A stretch of DNA of 64,000 bases from an uncultured delta proteobacterium (GCA_963790475.1 CAWBOS010000012.1:1056001-1120000); one strand, 5' to 3'. Counted from the first letter of the stretch, positions 40,841-50,806 are shown. Notes: generated by a model not told the origin, from the letters alone. Numbers and translations are program-made.

Positions 40841-41626
40841 ATGAAACAAGGCAATCGCATTCCAATCCGGCGGGTATCCGCCGGGCTAATGATCCTTCTG
40901 CTGGTCTTCCCAGGTGTGATTCATCCTCAATCTTCCCGGGTCATTGAGGTCGGGAGGTTTTCGGCTGAGAAACCGGGAGATATTCTACCCTCCGGCTGGA
41001 AGCCTTTGACCTTCAAGAATATCGAAAAGCATACTCGGTACAGCTTGGTTAAAGATGGAGAGGCGACCGTGGTTAAGGCCGTGTCCGAGGCCTCAGCCTC
41101 CGGTCTTATCCGAGAGATGACTATCAATCCTCGGGAGTACCCCATCGTCCAATGGCGATGGAAAGTGGAGAACGTCCTGACCAAGGGGGATGTTCACCGC
41201 AAAGGGGGTGACGACTACCCGGCCCGGATTTACATTGCCTTCGAGTACGACGCCAGTAAGCTCAGCCTCTTGGAAAGGGCTGAAGATGAAGTCATAAAAC
41301 TGTTTTACGGTCAATACCCGCCTCGGGGGGCAATCAACTATATCTGGGAAAGCAAGGCCCCTTTGGGCACAATCGTTTCCAATCCCTTTACCCGCCGGAT
41401 AAAGATGATCATCGTGGAGAGTGGAGCGGAGAAACTCAACCAGTGGGTGAGTGAGGAACGTAATGTTTACGAAGACTACCTGAAGGCTTTCGGAGAGGAG
41501 CCTCTGATGATATCTGGTGTGGCGATCATGACCGACACAGACAATACGGGCGAATCGGCAATCGCCTATTATGGGGATATCCAATTTACAAAAGATCCGA
41601 CCAGGCTTGAAGGTGGAGGGAAATAA
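40841..41626 (+). CDS. DUF3047 family exported protein
   Basis: N-terminal hydrophobic segment; WRWKV, GDDYPARIY, INYIW and AIMTDTDNT motifs. Confidence 0.85.
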   Translation: MKQGNRIPIRRVSAGLMILLLVFPGVIHPQSSRVIEVGRFSAEKPGDILPSGWKPLTFKNIEKHTRYSLVKDGEATVVKAVSEASASGLIREMTINPREYPIVQWRWKVENVLTKGDVHRKGGDDYPARIYIAFEYDASKLSLLERAEDEVIKLFYGQYPPRGAINYIWESKAPLGTIVSNPFTRRIKMIIVESGAEKLNQWVSEERNVYEDYLKAFGEEPLMISGVAIMTDTDNTGESAIAYYGDIQFTKDPTRLEGGGK

Positions 41627-41692
41627 TATTATCAGGGATCTGGAAGGGGGCCTCCAAACCATCTGCCATTAACTGAATAAAAGGAATAGTCC

Positions 41693-42412
41693 ATGAAAGT
41701 CTCGGTCATTATTCCGACGTTGAACGAAGCTGAAGTCATTGGCGCGACATTGAACAGCATCATCAGGCAGCAAGAAGAGTTGGAGATCATCGTTGCTGAT
41801 GGGTGCAGTGCTGATGGCACAGCCGATGCGGTCCGACAATACGCCAGGATAATCCAAAGTGAGCAGAGGGGAAGAGCCATCCAGATGAATGCCGGAGCAG
41901 GGCAGGCTTGCGGCGAGGTATTAGTTTTCCTTCACGCCGATTCACTTCTCCCTCACAATGCCCTATCCCTGTTGAGAAACGCTCTCATCGATCCCCGTAT
42001 CATAGGGGGTACCTTTACCTTGAGATTTGACAACCCACGGTTTCTTCTGCGGTTGATCGCCTTCTTTACCCGCTTCAGGTTCCGTTTTTTCCATTATGGT
42101 GATCAGGGAATTTTTGTGCGAAGGACCGTCTTTGAAGAATTAGGAGGTTTTAAGCAGATACCCATCATGGAGGATTTAGATCTTCTGCAACGATTGCACA
42201 GGAGAGGCCGGGTGGCGCTCATCAATCAACCCGTAACCACTTCCGCCCGGCGGTATTTGCGCAACGGTATCATCCGGCAGCAACTGTTTGACGCAGTCCT
42301 TGTGATTCTCTACCTTTTGGGAGTGAGCCCTGAAAGACTTTCAAAACTGTATAGGTTGACTGACTATCGGGTGATGAATCACCTTCGGGATTCAACCCCG
42401 GAGACATTATGA
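41693..42412 (+). CDS. GT2 glycosyltransferase, TIGR04283-like
   Basis: IIPTLNE, GRAIQMNAGA, FLHAD, YGDQGIF, IMED and TSARR motifs. Confidence 0.85.
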   Translation: MKVSVIIPTLNEAEVIGATLNSIIRQQEELEIIVADGCSADGTADAVRQYARIIQSEQRGRAIQMNAGAGQACGEVLVFLHADSLLPHNALSLLRNALIDPRIIGGTFTLRFDNPRFLLRLIAFFTRFRFRFFHYGDQGIFVRRTVFEELGGFKQIPIMEDLDLLQRLHRRGRVALINQPVTTSARRYLRNGIIRQQLFDAVLVILYLLGVSPERLSKLYRLTDYRVMNHLRDSTPETL

Positions 42413-42614
42413 TCAGAACGACCGGAGACAGACCTTGTTCCGGAGTCCGGACCTCATGACCAGGCCCCTTGATTATTTCTAATGTTTCAGTCCTGTCACT
42501 TGCTTTGATTTTCTTTTTGACGTAGCCCTCGAGAAACATTACTATAAAAGCAGTAGGCAGGTGGGAAAGGTTAAGTTCTTTTCCTCCCCGTGTTGGGGAG
42601 GTTGAATAAGGGGG

Positions 42615-43736
42615 ATGGCGATGATTATTGGAGTTCCAAAAGAGATCAAGGACAGCGAGAAGAGGGTGTCCATGACCCCTCAGGGAGTAGATGCCTTAAC
42701 AGTTCACCATCATCATGTCTTGGTGGAAAGAGGAGCTGGGGAGGGCAGCGGTTTTTCCAATCAGGAATATGAGAAGGCCGGGGCCACGATCATTGAAAGG
42801 AAAGAAAAGATCTGGGAGGAAGCCCAACTGATCGTCAAGGTTAAGGAACCCTTGGACCCGGAATTCCCTTTGATGAAACCTGACCAAATCCTCTTCACTT
42901 TTCTCCATCTGGCCTCAGATGAAAAGCTCACCAAAAGGTTGCTGGAACGCCGGATTATCGGTATCGGTTACGAAACCGTTCAGGAGGGCAATGGGTCCCT
43001 TCCTCTGCTTCGTCCAATGAGTGAAATTGCCGGGCGGGCCTCCATACTCGCTGGAGGCATGTGCCTGGAGACCCCCCAGGGAGGAAGGGGGGTTCTCCTC
43101 TGTGGGGCATCAGGGGTCCCTCCGGCCAAGGTGGTTATCCTCGGGGCCGGAGTTGCCGGTTCCAATGCCTGCAAGATTGCCGTGGGCATCGGAGCACGGG
43201 TCAGTATTCTCGATGTTCAACCGGAGCGATTGAGTTATCTCCACGACATTACCCATGGTCACATTACCACATTCATTTCCAATCGGATGACGATCGGCGA
43301 AGAGGTCGCCGACGCTGATCTGGTCATTGGGGCGGTCCTCATTCCCGGCACCCAGGCCCCAAAACTGGTGACCCGGAAAATGCTCCAGAGGATGCGGCCA
43401 GGCTCTGCCATTGTGGACATTTCGGTTGATCAGGGGGGATGTTTTGAGACGACCCATCCTACCACCCATCACCAGCCTACCTATATCGAGGAAGGGATCG
43501 TTCACTACTGCGTCGCCAACATCCCCGGTGCCTACCCGCGAACTTCCACCTTTGCTCTCACCAATGCCACCTTTCCTTACATCCTTCAAATCGCGGATAA
43601 GGGTTATGAAAAGGCAATGAAAGAGAGTGGCGCCTTGAGAAGAGGCCTCAACCTGGTTGACGGGCAATTGGTCTGTTCGGGGGTCGCTGAAAGTTTTGGA
43701 CTGGCCTGCGCTTCCAATCCCTTTGACAAATCCTGA
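42615..43736 (+). CDS. ald: Alanine dehydrogenase
   Basis: IGVPKEIK, KVKEP, PMSEIAG, DQGGCFET and HYCVANIPG motifs. Confidence 0.93.
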   Translation: MAMIIGVPKEIKDSEKRVSMTPQGVDALTVHHHHVLVERGAGEGSGFSNQEYEKAGATIIERKEKIWEEAQLIVKVKEPLDPEFPLMKPDQILFTFLHLASDEKLTKRLLERRIIGIGYETVQEGNGSLPLLRPMSEIAGRASILAGGMCLETPQGGRGVLLCGASGVPPAKVVILGAGVAGSNACKIAVGIGARVSILDVQPERLSYLHDITHGHITTFISNRMTIGEEVADADLVIGAVLIPGTQAPKLVTRKMLQRMRPGSAIVDISVDQGGCFETTHPTTHHQPTYIEEGIVHYCVANIPGAYPRTSTFALTNATFPYILQIADKGYEKAMKESGALRRGLNLVDGQLVCSGVAESFGLACASNPFDKS

Positions 43737-43980
43737 AATTCCAGGATCTTGGAATTCAGGATACCAATAAATTTGACAGGAATTTCCTTTACTCTTCTCT
43801 TTTCAGATAATGAACCTCCCTCGATAACCTGCCATAAAACGGCTTAATAAAGTATGGTCTTGACCAGGGTATAGCCGGTCTTATTGGTTATTTTTTAACT
43901 TTTTTGTCTTTTTTTAGTCTAATTTTAATAAAATCAGTTTCAACCGGTTGCCGGTCCCGGACCGGCCAGGAGGAAAGAAA

Positions 43981-44604
43981 ATGAAAAAGCTCATCAGTTT
44001 GTTAAGCATCCTTTTTTTGCTAACCCTGTTCATGCCCTTTAAACAAGCCGAGGCTGCCCGTGGGTCGGGAGGGTTTCATGGATCCGGGGGACATGGAGGA
44101 TTTCGTGGGGATGGGGGCCATGGGGGGTTCCGTGGATTTAGAGGCCATGGGGGGTTTCGTGTCCATGGAGGGTTCTTCCCCGGATTGATTATCGGCGGGG
44201 CCTTAGGCTGGGGCTTGTCGCCTTATTATTATCCTCCAGACTATTATTATTATCCACCGCCACCCTATTACTATCCACCTCCGGAATACTCTTATCCACC
44301 GCCACCCTATTACTATCCACCTCCGGAATACTCTTATCCACCGCCAGCGTTGGATAGTCAGGAGCCGCCCCCGGCAAGCCAAGGGTCGGGTGGGAGGATG
44401 TTCATCTATCCCCGCCAAGGTCAAAGTGAAGAGAAAAAAGCCGAAGATTTTGACAAGTGCCACGGCTGGGCTGTGGGTCAGACAGGCTTCGATCCGTCAA
44501 AACCACCCGCCGGCGCCCCCGATGCTCAGACCATCCAAAAGAGCGGGGACTATTTTCGGGCGATAAGTGCCTGCCTTGATGCCCAGGGGTATACTGTAAG
44601 ATAG
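43981..44604 (+). CDS. Exported Gly/His-rich and Tyr/Pro-rich protein
   Basis: Signal peptide; GGHGGFRG repeats; YYYPPP repeats; C-terminal YPRQGQS...CHGWA..QTGFDP...ACL..QGY. Confidence 0.8.
   Translation: MKKLISLLSILFLLTLFMPFKQAEAARGSGGFHGSGGHGGFRGDGGHGGFRGFRGHGGFRVHGGFFPGLIIGGALGWGLSPYYYPPDYYYYPPPPYYYPPPEYSYPPPPYYYPPPEYSYPPPALDSQEPPPASQGSGGRMFIYPRQGQSEEKKAEDFDKCHGWAVGQTGFDPSKPPAGAPDAQTIQKSGDYFRAISACLDAQGYTVR
44251..44346 (+). repeat. 42-bp in-frame tandem repeat (about 2.3 copies)
   Basis: tatccaccgccaccctattactatccacctccggaatactct twice plus a partial copy. Confidence 0.9.
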
Positions 44605-44857
44605 CCATGATCGGCCACCCGGTAAGGTTCTGAATAAGAAAGTTTACCGTGTCTGGTAGTTCTGCAGAAAAAAAGGGGCTACCTATCGGATATGGGTAAC
44701 GATGAGGTTTAAAGTTCGCACTGAGTGAGCATTGGGGAAACCAATGATCCATGTCGGCCCGTTCAGGCGAATACTGGAGGTGAGTTTAAAAATCGGGGGG
44801 ATTCTATCTCACTTTTGGCTAAACAGGGTAAATCTGATCCACCCGAGATAGAAATCC

Positions 44858-45118
44858 ATGACCCTCGATACCAGAATCGTCCGTTCCTCCTGTCGCGGCT
44901 GCCACGGCGTTTGCCAAGTGCTCGTCCATCTGGAAGGGAACCGGATCACCCCGATCTTGGGAGACCCCGAAAGCCCCACCAGCCGGGGGTTCATCTGCCC
45001 TAAGGGAGCGGCCTCGGCCGAGATGCTTTATCATCCAGACCGGATTCAATATCCACTCCGTCGGGCTGGGGCGCGGGGGGAAAACCGCTGGGAGCGCGTC
45101 TCCTGGGAGGAGGCCCTT
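44858..45118 (+). pseudogene. Truncated molybdopterin oxidoreductase (N-terminal 4Fe-4S domain only)
   Basis: CRGCHGVC...CPKG...HPDRIQYPLRR.G.RGE..WERVSWEEAL, after which similarity stops. Confidence 0.85.
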
Positions 45119-45420
45119 TCGGGATCTCCAGCACTTCCGAGCAAAATGTCATTATCGATAAACTTAGGTAGTCCTACGAGGAAAAAACGGGCATTGGTCC
45201 AAGTGAGCCACTGCAGGTCCGACGGCAAGCTGCAGCGTTGTTTCCAACTTCAAAAAATAATCCTTGATTGTTGGTTCTCTTTAAAACAAACCTGTGTAGG
45301 GTACTCCCGGGTCATCAGATATATTAACACCCCCTGTCTGGTGGAATATCGGGCGATTTCGAGGCTGAAACCCTTATGTGGGTGAGGGTCGGAACAATAG
45401 GGCTGGCCATGGTAATCAAA

Positions 45421-45464
45421 TGGATGGAGGCGAAAATCATAACTGAATGAAGTGGACAACGATC
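45421..45464 (+). repeat. Imperfect direct repeat, copy A
   Basis: tggatggaggcgaaaatcataactgaatgaagtggacaacgatc; matches 47277..47319. Confidence 0.85.
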
Positions 45465-45584
45465 CTCTTATTAACTTACTGTATGTAAGTTCATTCGAAC
45501 TTTTTGAAAAGTTCTATCTATTGCCGTTGACATTCAGTTTTAAATTTGATAGAAACACTGCGGTTTTAAGATATGGATAGAGAT

Positions 45585-45790
45585 GGTCATTCAGCAAACG
45601 GAACACGGTGAAAGTCCGTGACGGTCCCGCCGCTGTAACCCCGCCATTCCGGTCGTGACCCAAATTTGTCGGCTTACTTGTGTCCACGATCTTATTGAAT
45701 GGACCCCTATTGGCTTTTTTTGCGCCACTGTTCCGGGAAACCGGGATGGGAAGGCGGCCAAGAGGGCGGGGGAGTCAGAAGACGAGCTGG
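45585..45790 (+). ncRNA. Cobalamin riboswitch (boundaries approximate)
   Basis: ggaacacggtgaaagtccgtgacggtcccgccgctgtaa ... B12 box gccactg...gggaaggc ... agtcagaagac; TTGACA at 45527. Confidence 0.92.
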
Positions 45791-45819
45791 ATAACCTGAC
45801 TTAAGGACTTGATGGTAAA

Positions 45820-45860
45820 GGGTTCTGATAGGTTAATTACCTGTCGGAGCCCTTTTTTAT
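45820..45860 (+). terminator. Riboswitch expression-platform intrinsic terminator
   Basis: gggttctgataggt-taatt-acctgtcggagccc followed by a T-tract. Confidence 0.8.
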
Positions 45861-45897
45861 TTCCGGCAGGCCAATTCATAATCGCGAGGTGAAATAT

Positions 45898-47211
45898 ATG
45901 AAGACCCAAATCGAACTGGCAAGAGAAGGCCTGGTCACAGAAGAGATAAAAAAGGTCGCGCAGGACGAGGGATTATCCGAGGAGATCGTCAGACAGAGGG
46001 TGGCCTCGGGGGAAATTGTCATCCTTAATCACCCCCAACGAAAAGATCAGAAGGCGGTAGGCGTTGGCAAGGGCCTGAGGACAAAGGTGAACGCCTCCAT
46101 CGGCACATCGTCGGATATATGCGACATCGAGGCCGAGGTTCGAAAGGCCAGGGCCGCTGAAGAAGAAGGGGCTGACACCCTGATGGAGCTATCCGCCGGG
46201 GGTGATCTGGATGCGATCAGAATGGCCGTGCTGGCGGCTGCAAGCCTTCCTGTGGGCAATGTCCCACTCTATCAGGCATTCAAGGAGACAACCGCCAGGT
46301 ATGCCAACCCCGGGAGACTCGATCCGGAATACCTGTTTGACCTGATTGAAAGGCAATTGGATGACGGGATCAGCTTCATGGCCATTCATTGCGGCATCAA
46401 TCAATATACCATAGAACGCCTGCGGAAACAGGGATACCGCTACGGAGGACTGGTGTCAAAGGGGGGCACCTATATGGTGGCCTGGATGGATATAAACAAA
46501 AAGGAAAACCCTCTATATGAACAGTTCGATCGCGTATGCGGGCTTATGAAAAAATACGATGCGGTCCTCTCCCTGGGAAACGGCATCAGGGCGGGAGCCA
46601 TTCATGACAGCCATGATAGGGCTCAGATGGCGGAGATGATCATAAACTGCGAACTGGCCGAGCTGGGCCGTGAGATGGGCTGCCAGATGATGGTGGAAGG
46701 TCCGGGCCATGTCCCCCTGGATGAGATCGAGGGAAACATCATGCTGGAAAAACGCATGAGCGGAAACGCCCCCTACTATGTCCTGGGACCACTTCCCCTG
46801 GATACAGGGGCAGGATACGACCATATCGTATCAGCCATCGGTGCGGCCAGCTCGGCCCGTTACGGGGCCGACCTGGTGTGTTATATTACGCCGGCCGAAC
46901 ACTTGGCCCTACCCAATGAACAGGATGTTCGCGAAGGGGTGCGGGCGACCCGCCTGGCTGTCCGGATAGGTGATGTGGTCAAATATCCGGATCGCCGGGA
47001 AAGGGAAAAGGAGGCAGCCATGGCCAGACGAGATATGCGCTGGGAAGACCTGGAAAAGATAATAATGTTCCCTGACAGGGCCAGGGATGTCCGCCTGAGC
47101 CGGGTCCCGGCCAATGAAAAAACCTGTTCGATGTGCGGAGATTTCTGCGCCATGAAAAAGGGGATGGAGGTCTTTTCAGATGATATAAGGGGGGATAAAG
47201 TCAGTAAGTAA
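45898..47211 (+). CDS. bzaF: 5-hydroxybenzimidazole synthase (ThiC paralog)
   Basis: ThiC fold (KVNASIGTS, EGPGH, CSMCGDFC) with VSKGG and LGNGIRAG substitutions, located under a cobalamin rather than TPP riboswitch. Confidence 0.8.
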   Translation: MKTQIELAREGLVTEEIKKVAQDEGLSEEIVRQRVASGEIVILNHPQRKDQKAVGVGKGLRTKVNASIGTSSDICDIEAEVRKARAAEEEGADTLMELSAGGDLDAIRMAVLAAASLPVGNVPLYQAFKETTARYANPGRLDPEYLFDLIERQLDDGISFMAIHCGINQYTIERLRKQGYRYGGLVSKGGTYMVAWMDINKKENPLYEQFDRVCGLMKKYDAVLSLGNGIRAGAIHDSHDRAQMAEMIINCELAELGREMGCQMMVEGPGHVPLDEIEGNIMLEKRMSGNAPYYVLGPLPLDTGAGYDHIVSAIGAASSARYGADLVCYITPAEHLALPNEQDVREGVRATRLAVRIGDVVKYPDRREREKEAAMARRDMRWEDLEKIIMFPDRARDVRLSRVPANEKTCSMCGDFCAMKKGMEVFSDDIRGDKVSK

Positions 47212-47276
47212 CGGCGCCCCGGCTGCCCGGATTTAACAAGAATTAGGAGTTCCGGTGGCTGAAACCGCTTTATAAG

Positions 47277-47319
47277 TGGCTGGAGGCGAAAATCATAACT
47301 AATGAATTGGACAACGGTC
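47277..47319 (+). repeat. Imperfect direct repeat, copy B
   Basis: tggctggaggcgaaaatcataactaatgaattggacaacggtc. Confidence 0.85.
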
Positions 47320-47342
47320 ATTTATCATGGTTGGTTTATTTT

Positions 47343-47432
47343 CGGTTCATCCCCACGTGTGTGGGGAACATCTCCGGCTACCGCCCCACCGCCCCAGATT
47401 ATTCGGTTCATCCCCACGTGTGTGGGGAACAT
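47343..47432 (-). CRISPR. Type I-E mini-array: two identical 29-bp repeats and one 32-bp spacer
   Basis: Repeat ATGTTCCCCACACACGTGGGGATGAACCG (minus strand) at 47343-47371 and 47404-47432; spacer 47372-47403. Confidence 0.9.
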
Positions 47433-47493
47433 AATTCTTGTAACCAATTGAATTCAGATTTAATTACCAAAGAGCAATAAGTTACCAAAAATA
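47433..47493 (-). promoter_or_regulatory. AT-rich CRISPR leader
   Basis: Lies between the cas2 stop and the first repeat; IHF-like attcaattggtta and two ttggta motifs on the minus strand. Confidence 0.65.
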
Positions 47494-47691
<198 letters not shown>

Positions 47692-47695
47692 TTAG

Positions 47696-49678
47696 CCCAT
47701 CTTCCGCAGTTAGAAAGCATGGAAGACGCGATATCAAATAGTTACGACAAGAATTAGGGCATTTTCTTCACTACATTTTCAATAATTTTTGGTTTGTTGG
47801 GGAGCAGAATTTTCAATCTCTGAAGCAGCACTTTGAGTTCCTTTGAGGGAGTAGCCACCATTCTGAGCCGGAGGGTTCTCTCCCGCGCCGGTAGTAGCAC
47901 ATCCAAAGATTTCAATTCCCGCAACTCCTCCAACAGCTTTCTTGGGGCGGTACCGAGTCCCGAGGCTTTCATCCATTGCTGGAGCGTTCGCCACATAGTC
48001 AGCGCCAAGAAGCAGACCAGGATATGAGCCTGGGTCCGTTCCTGTTTTTGATGGAAGATCGGTCGCATTCCCAGATCATGTTTCTCGGTACGGAATGAAT
48101 CTTCCACTTCCGTCAGTTGGATGTAGGTATTCCATAGGACTTTCGGGTCACTTTCGGTCCAGTTGGTGCGCAGGATGTAGCTACCGCCGGTCTCCAAGGC
48201 CCACTGTTGCCGTTGTTCGTTCTTCTTGACTTCTAGGGAAAGCGGTGCGTCTTTTCCGGTACCGGTCTCTATGACTGTAATATTGAACAACGAGGCCGCA
48301 CGTTTATTTTGTTCCAGCAGTCGCCCTATTCTCCGCTCGACTTTCTGCTTGTCTCGGAGCTTGCCGGTTTCGGCCTGGCGGGCCAGGTGATCCAGTTGGC
48401 TTTCCAGTCGGGTCAAAAAGTGGTTTAGAATGGCGTTTTCTTTCTCCTTCCGGCCTTGAGACCGGCACAGGACAAAGATTTCATCCGTTCCTTCCGGCGA
48501 GCAACAGAGCTTGACCTCAACATCAGGTTGGACCGCTTCCCAGTTCTGTTCGAAAAGCTGCTGCTCAAACTTCTTCAGCATCACTTTTGGGGTGCCGACC
48601 AAATAGCGGGCACCGACTTTGCGCATAAACTCCAGATTCTCCTCACTCACCATGCCGCGATCCATAACCCAGATCCGGTTGGCTTGGCCGTATTTGGCCT
48701 CCATCATCTGAACCATCTCTTGGGTCGTCGTAACATCCGGTCGATTGCCGTCAAAAACCTCAAAGGCTATGGGAAAGCCCTCTCGGGTGGCCACCAGGCC
48801 GATGCAGACCTGGGGACAATCTGGACGACTGTCCCGGCTGTAACCCCTCTTGGCCTGGGCATTGCCCTTGGCGGTCCCCTCAAAATAGGTGGAGGTTATG
48901 TCATAAAACAAAAAATCAAAGCTACTGCCGAACAGTTCCCCATAACGCTCCTGAAGGTGACGGCTTAAGGCATCCTTGTGGGGAAGCAAGGCATCCAGGG
49001 CACGATAAAGCCGATCCTCATTGATCTTATAGTCGGCCACTCCCAGCAGATCGTCTAAGGCCGTCTGGCCATACCAAAACTCGGCCATCTGTAATTCCGA
49101 CGATGGGGCGCAAAAGCGTCCAAGAACTAAAATAGACGCCATGATCGACCAAGGAATCTCTTCCCGGTTGGAAGGAATATGATCTCGGCAGAACCTGGCA
49201 AGCCCCAGTTTGTTCCACAAAAGCAACCCCAAATAGACATCGCCGAAGCCTCTGAGTCGCTCGACGCTTACGCCATGGATATTGACCGTGGCCCAAGATG
49301 GGGGGTCTTCCCCCTGCTCAAACAGTTCAGGTCCAGGTAGAGGCTTTCCGGAAAGAATCCGTCCGATCTCCTCCCAACCTATCCGCTCTTCCCGATCAAG
49401 GCCAGGAAGTTTCCCTATCGTCGCCACTACTCGCTGACGGGGCCCTCGGGCAGTACGGACCGACTCAACTAAAAGCCAGCTCTCGTACTCCGCTCCACCT
49501 TTCTTTTTGGTCGCACGCCGGAGATACATAACCCCATTATCTCCGTTCCCACAGCACCTGGCAAGGGGGTGGTCTTCACTACATCCAATTTTCAAAGATC
49601 AGGACTTGAAATCATTTAACAATTCCTGAAAATTCATCACGTTTTTCTTGATTTTTTCTCCAAACTGCGGAAGATGGG
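47696..49678 (-). mobile_element. Intact IS1634-family element
   Basis: 16-bp IR cccatcttccgcagtt (47696-47711 / 49663-49678); ttag on both flanks (47692-47695, 49679-49682). Confidence 0.9.
47754..49529 (-). CDS. IS1634-family DDE transposase
   Basis: LVESVRT..GPRQR, YDITSTYFEG, GYSRDSRPD, MDRGM, VEDSFR and RPIFHQ motifs. Confidence 0.92.
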   Translation of the reverse strand: MYLRRATKKKGGAEYESWLLVESVRTARGPRQRVVATIGKLPGLDREERIGWEEIGRILSGKPLPGPELFEQGEDPPSWATVNIHGVSVERLRGFGDVYLGLLLWNKLGLARFCRDHIPSNREEIPWSIMASILVLGRFCAPSSELQMAEFWYGQTALDDLLGVADYKINEDRLYRALDALLPHKDALSRHLQERYGELFGSSFDFLFYDITSTYFEGTAKGNAQAKRGYSRDSRPDCPQVCIGLVATREGFPIAFEVFDGNRPDVTTTQEMVQMMEAKYGQANRIWVMDRGMVSEENLEFMRKVGARYLVGTPKVMLKKFEQQLFEQNWEAVQPDVEVKLCCSPEGTDEIFVLCRSQGRKEKENAILNHFLTRLESQLDHLARQAETGKLRDKQKVERRIGRLLEQNKRAASLFNITVIETGTGKDAPLSLEVKKNEQRQQWALETGGSYILRTNWTESDPKVLWNTYIQLTEVEDSFRTEKHDLGMRPIFHQKQERTQAHILVCFLALTMWRTLQQWMKASGLGTAPRKLLEELRELKSLDVLLPARERTLRLRMVATPSKELKVLLQRLKILLPNKPKIIENVVKKMP

Positions 49679-49722
49679 TTAGGTGTCGGCTATGAAGTGG
49701 GAGTTTAAGAAAGTACCTGATA

Positions 49723-49768
49723 GGAAGCCTCCAATGGGGATCAACCCCTTGTGGAGGCTTTCTTATTT
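49723..49768 (+). terminator. Intrinsic terminator-like hairpin
   Basis: gaagcctcca...tggaggctttc followed by a T-rich tract. Confidence 0.55.
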
Positions 49769-50064
49769 TGATTACTCTTTGAATTTGATATGAAACAGTT
49801 ATTCCGTTTCAAAAAAAAAATCAAAAAAGGAGCAAATAATTATGGTCCCAAAGAAGTCAGTGTTTTTCACAGTTGGTCTTTTCGTCAATATAGTTTGGAT
49901 CAGGGGCTCCGCTACTCCAGCTTCATCAAAATTGTAACATTTAATTGTGAAGGCAAAGTGAAAACAGCTCAGGATATCCAGCCGACTTGTTGTCTTGCGA
50001 CCCAAAAAAAATTGGGCCATACCTTCATATAACCTTTAAAATGGCTGCTATATGAAGAGAGAAT

Positions 50065-50643
50065 ATGCACTTTTTTTTTAACTATGTCAGCTTGTTCCTT
50101 TTGATATCCATAGTTTGTGGTGTCTTGGCATCTTTGCGCTATTTGAAAGAAAGGAGATTTCTTGAAGCAATTATTATTTTAGCCGCCTATTTTCTCCCTT
50201 TGTACGTCATCTTTAAAGCAAAACACCCCCTCACCTCTTTATTAAAGAATATGTTGCAACAGAATGTCGCTGCCGCGGAGGTAATTGACGGCATAGCAAT
50301 AATTATATTGTCTCCAATATTGTTTTTTTGGATATTTTGGCTATTTTGGGGTGGGTATGCTGTATTTATTAAAAATATTGACTTGATACATTATCTAAGA
50401 AATCATTTCAGAAAAAAATATATCAAAAGCAAGGTGGTCGGATTTTCATTGATAATCCTTGGGCTGCCTTTGTTGCTTTTATCTCTGATTTTCCTTGGAA
50501 CCGGGATTTGGCTATTCCCTTTTGTTACAATTTCGCTGTTATTGTACTTTATCGGTGCCATTTGCGTAGTTATACCTAAAGTAAGCGAAAGCAAGATAAA
50601 TGAGATCATCTGCAAAATAAAGAATAGAAGTAAAAGACAATAA
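50065..50643 (+). CDS. AT-rich multi-pass membrane protein, possibly a gene cassette
   Basis: About five hydrophobic segments; visibly lower GC than the flanks; attC-like sequence downstream. Confidence 0.65.
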   Translation: MHFFFNYVSLFLLISIVCGVLASLRYLKERRFLEAIIILAAYFLPLYVIFKAKHPLTSLLKNMLQQNVAAAEVIDGIAIIILSPILFFWIFWLFWGGYAVFIKNIDLIHYLRNHFRKKYIKSKVVGFSLIILGLPLLLLSLIFLGTGIWLFPFVTISLLLYFIGAICVVIPKVSESKINEIICKIKNRSKRQ

Positions 50644-50649
50644 ATAAAT

Positions 50650-50710
50650 GCTCAACCGTTCACTTAATCGAATGTTTCAAAAATTTGTGCCAGTTAGCTC
50701 AGGCGACTAC
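50650..50710 (+). other. Degenerate attC-like site
   Basis: gctcaac...cacttaa...gttagctcaggcg layout; final GTT core degraded. Confidence 0.4.
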
Positions 50711-50806
50711 TAACTTTCAACCGGCAATCGCTAATTTTCTGAAACGTTCTCCTTAGAATAGTTGTAGATTTAAGAATCAAAAGGCGTGGTATTTTTTGGG
50801 GGGATA

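Noticed and set aside
44858-45385. 175-aa ORF as a complete protein
   Set aside because: Only the first 87 or so residues resemble a molybdoenzyme; the rest is read-through past a breakpoint
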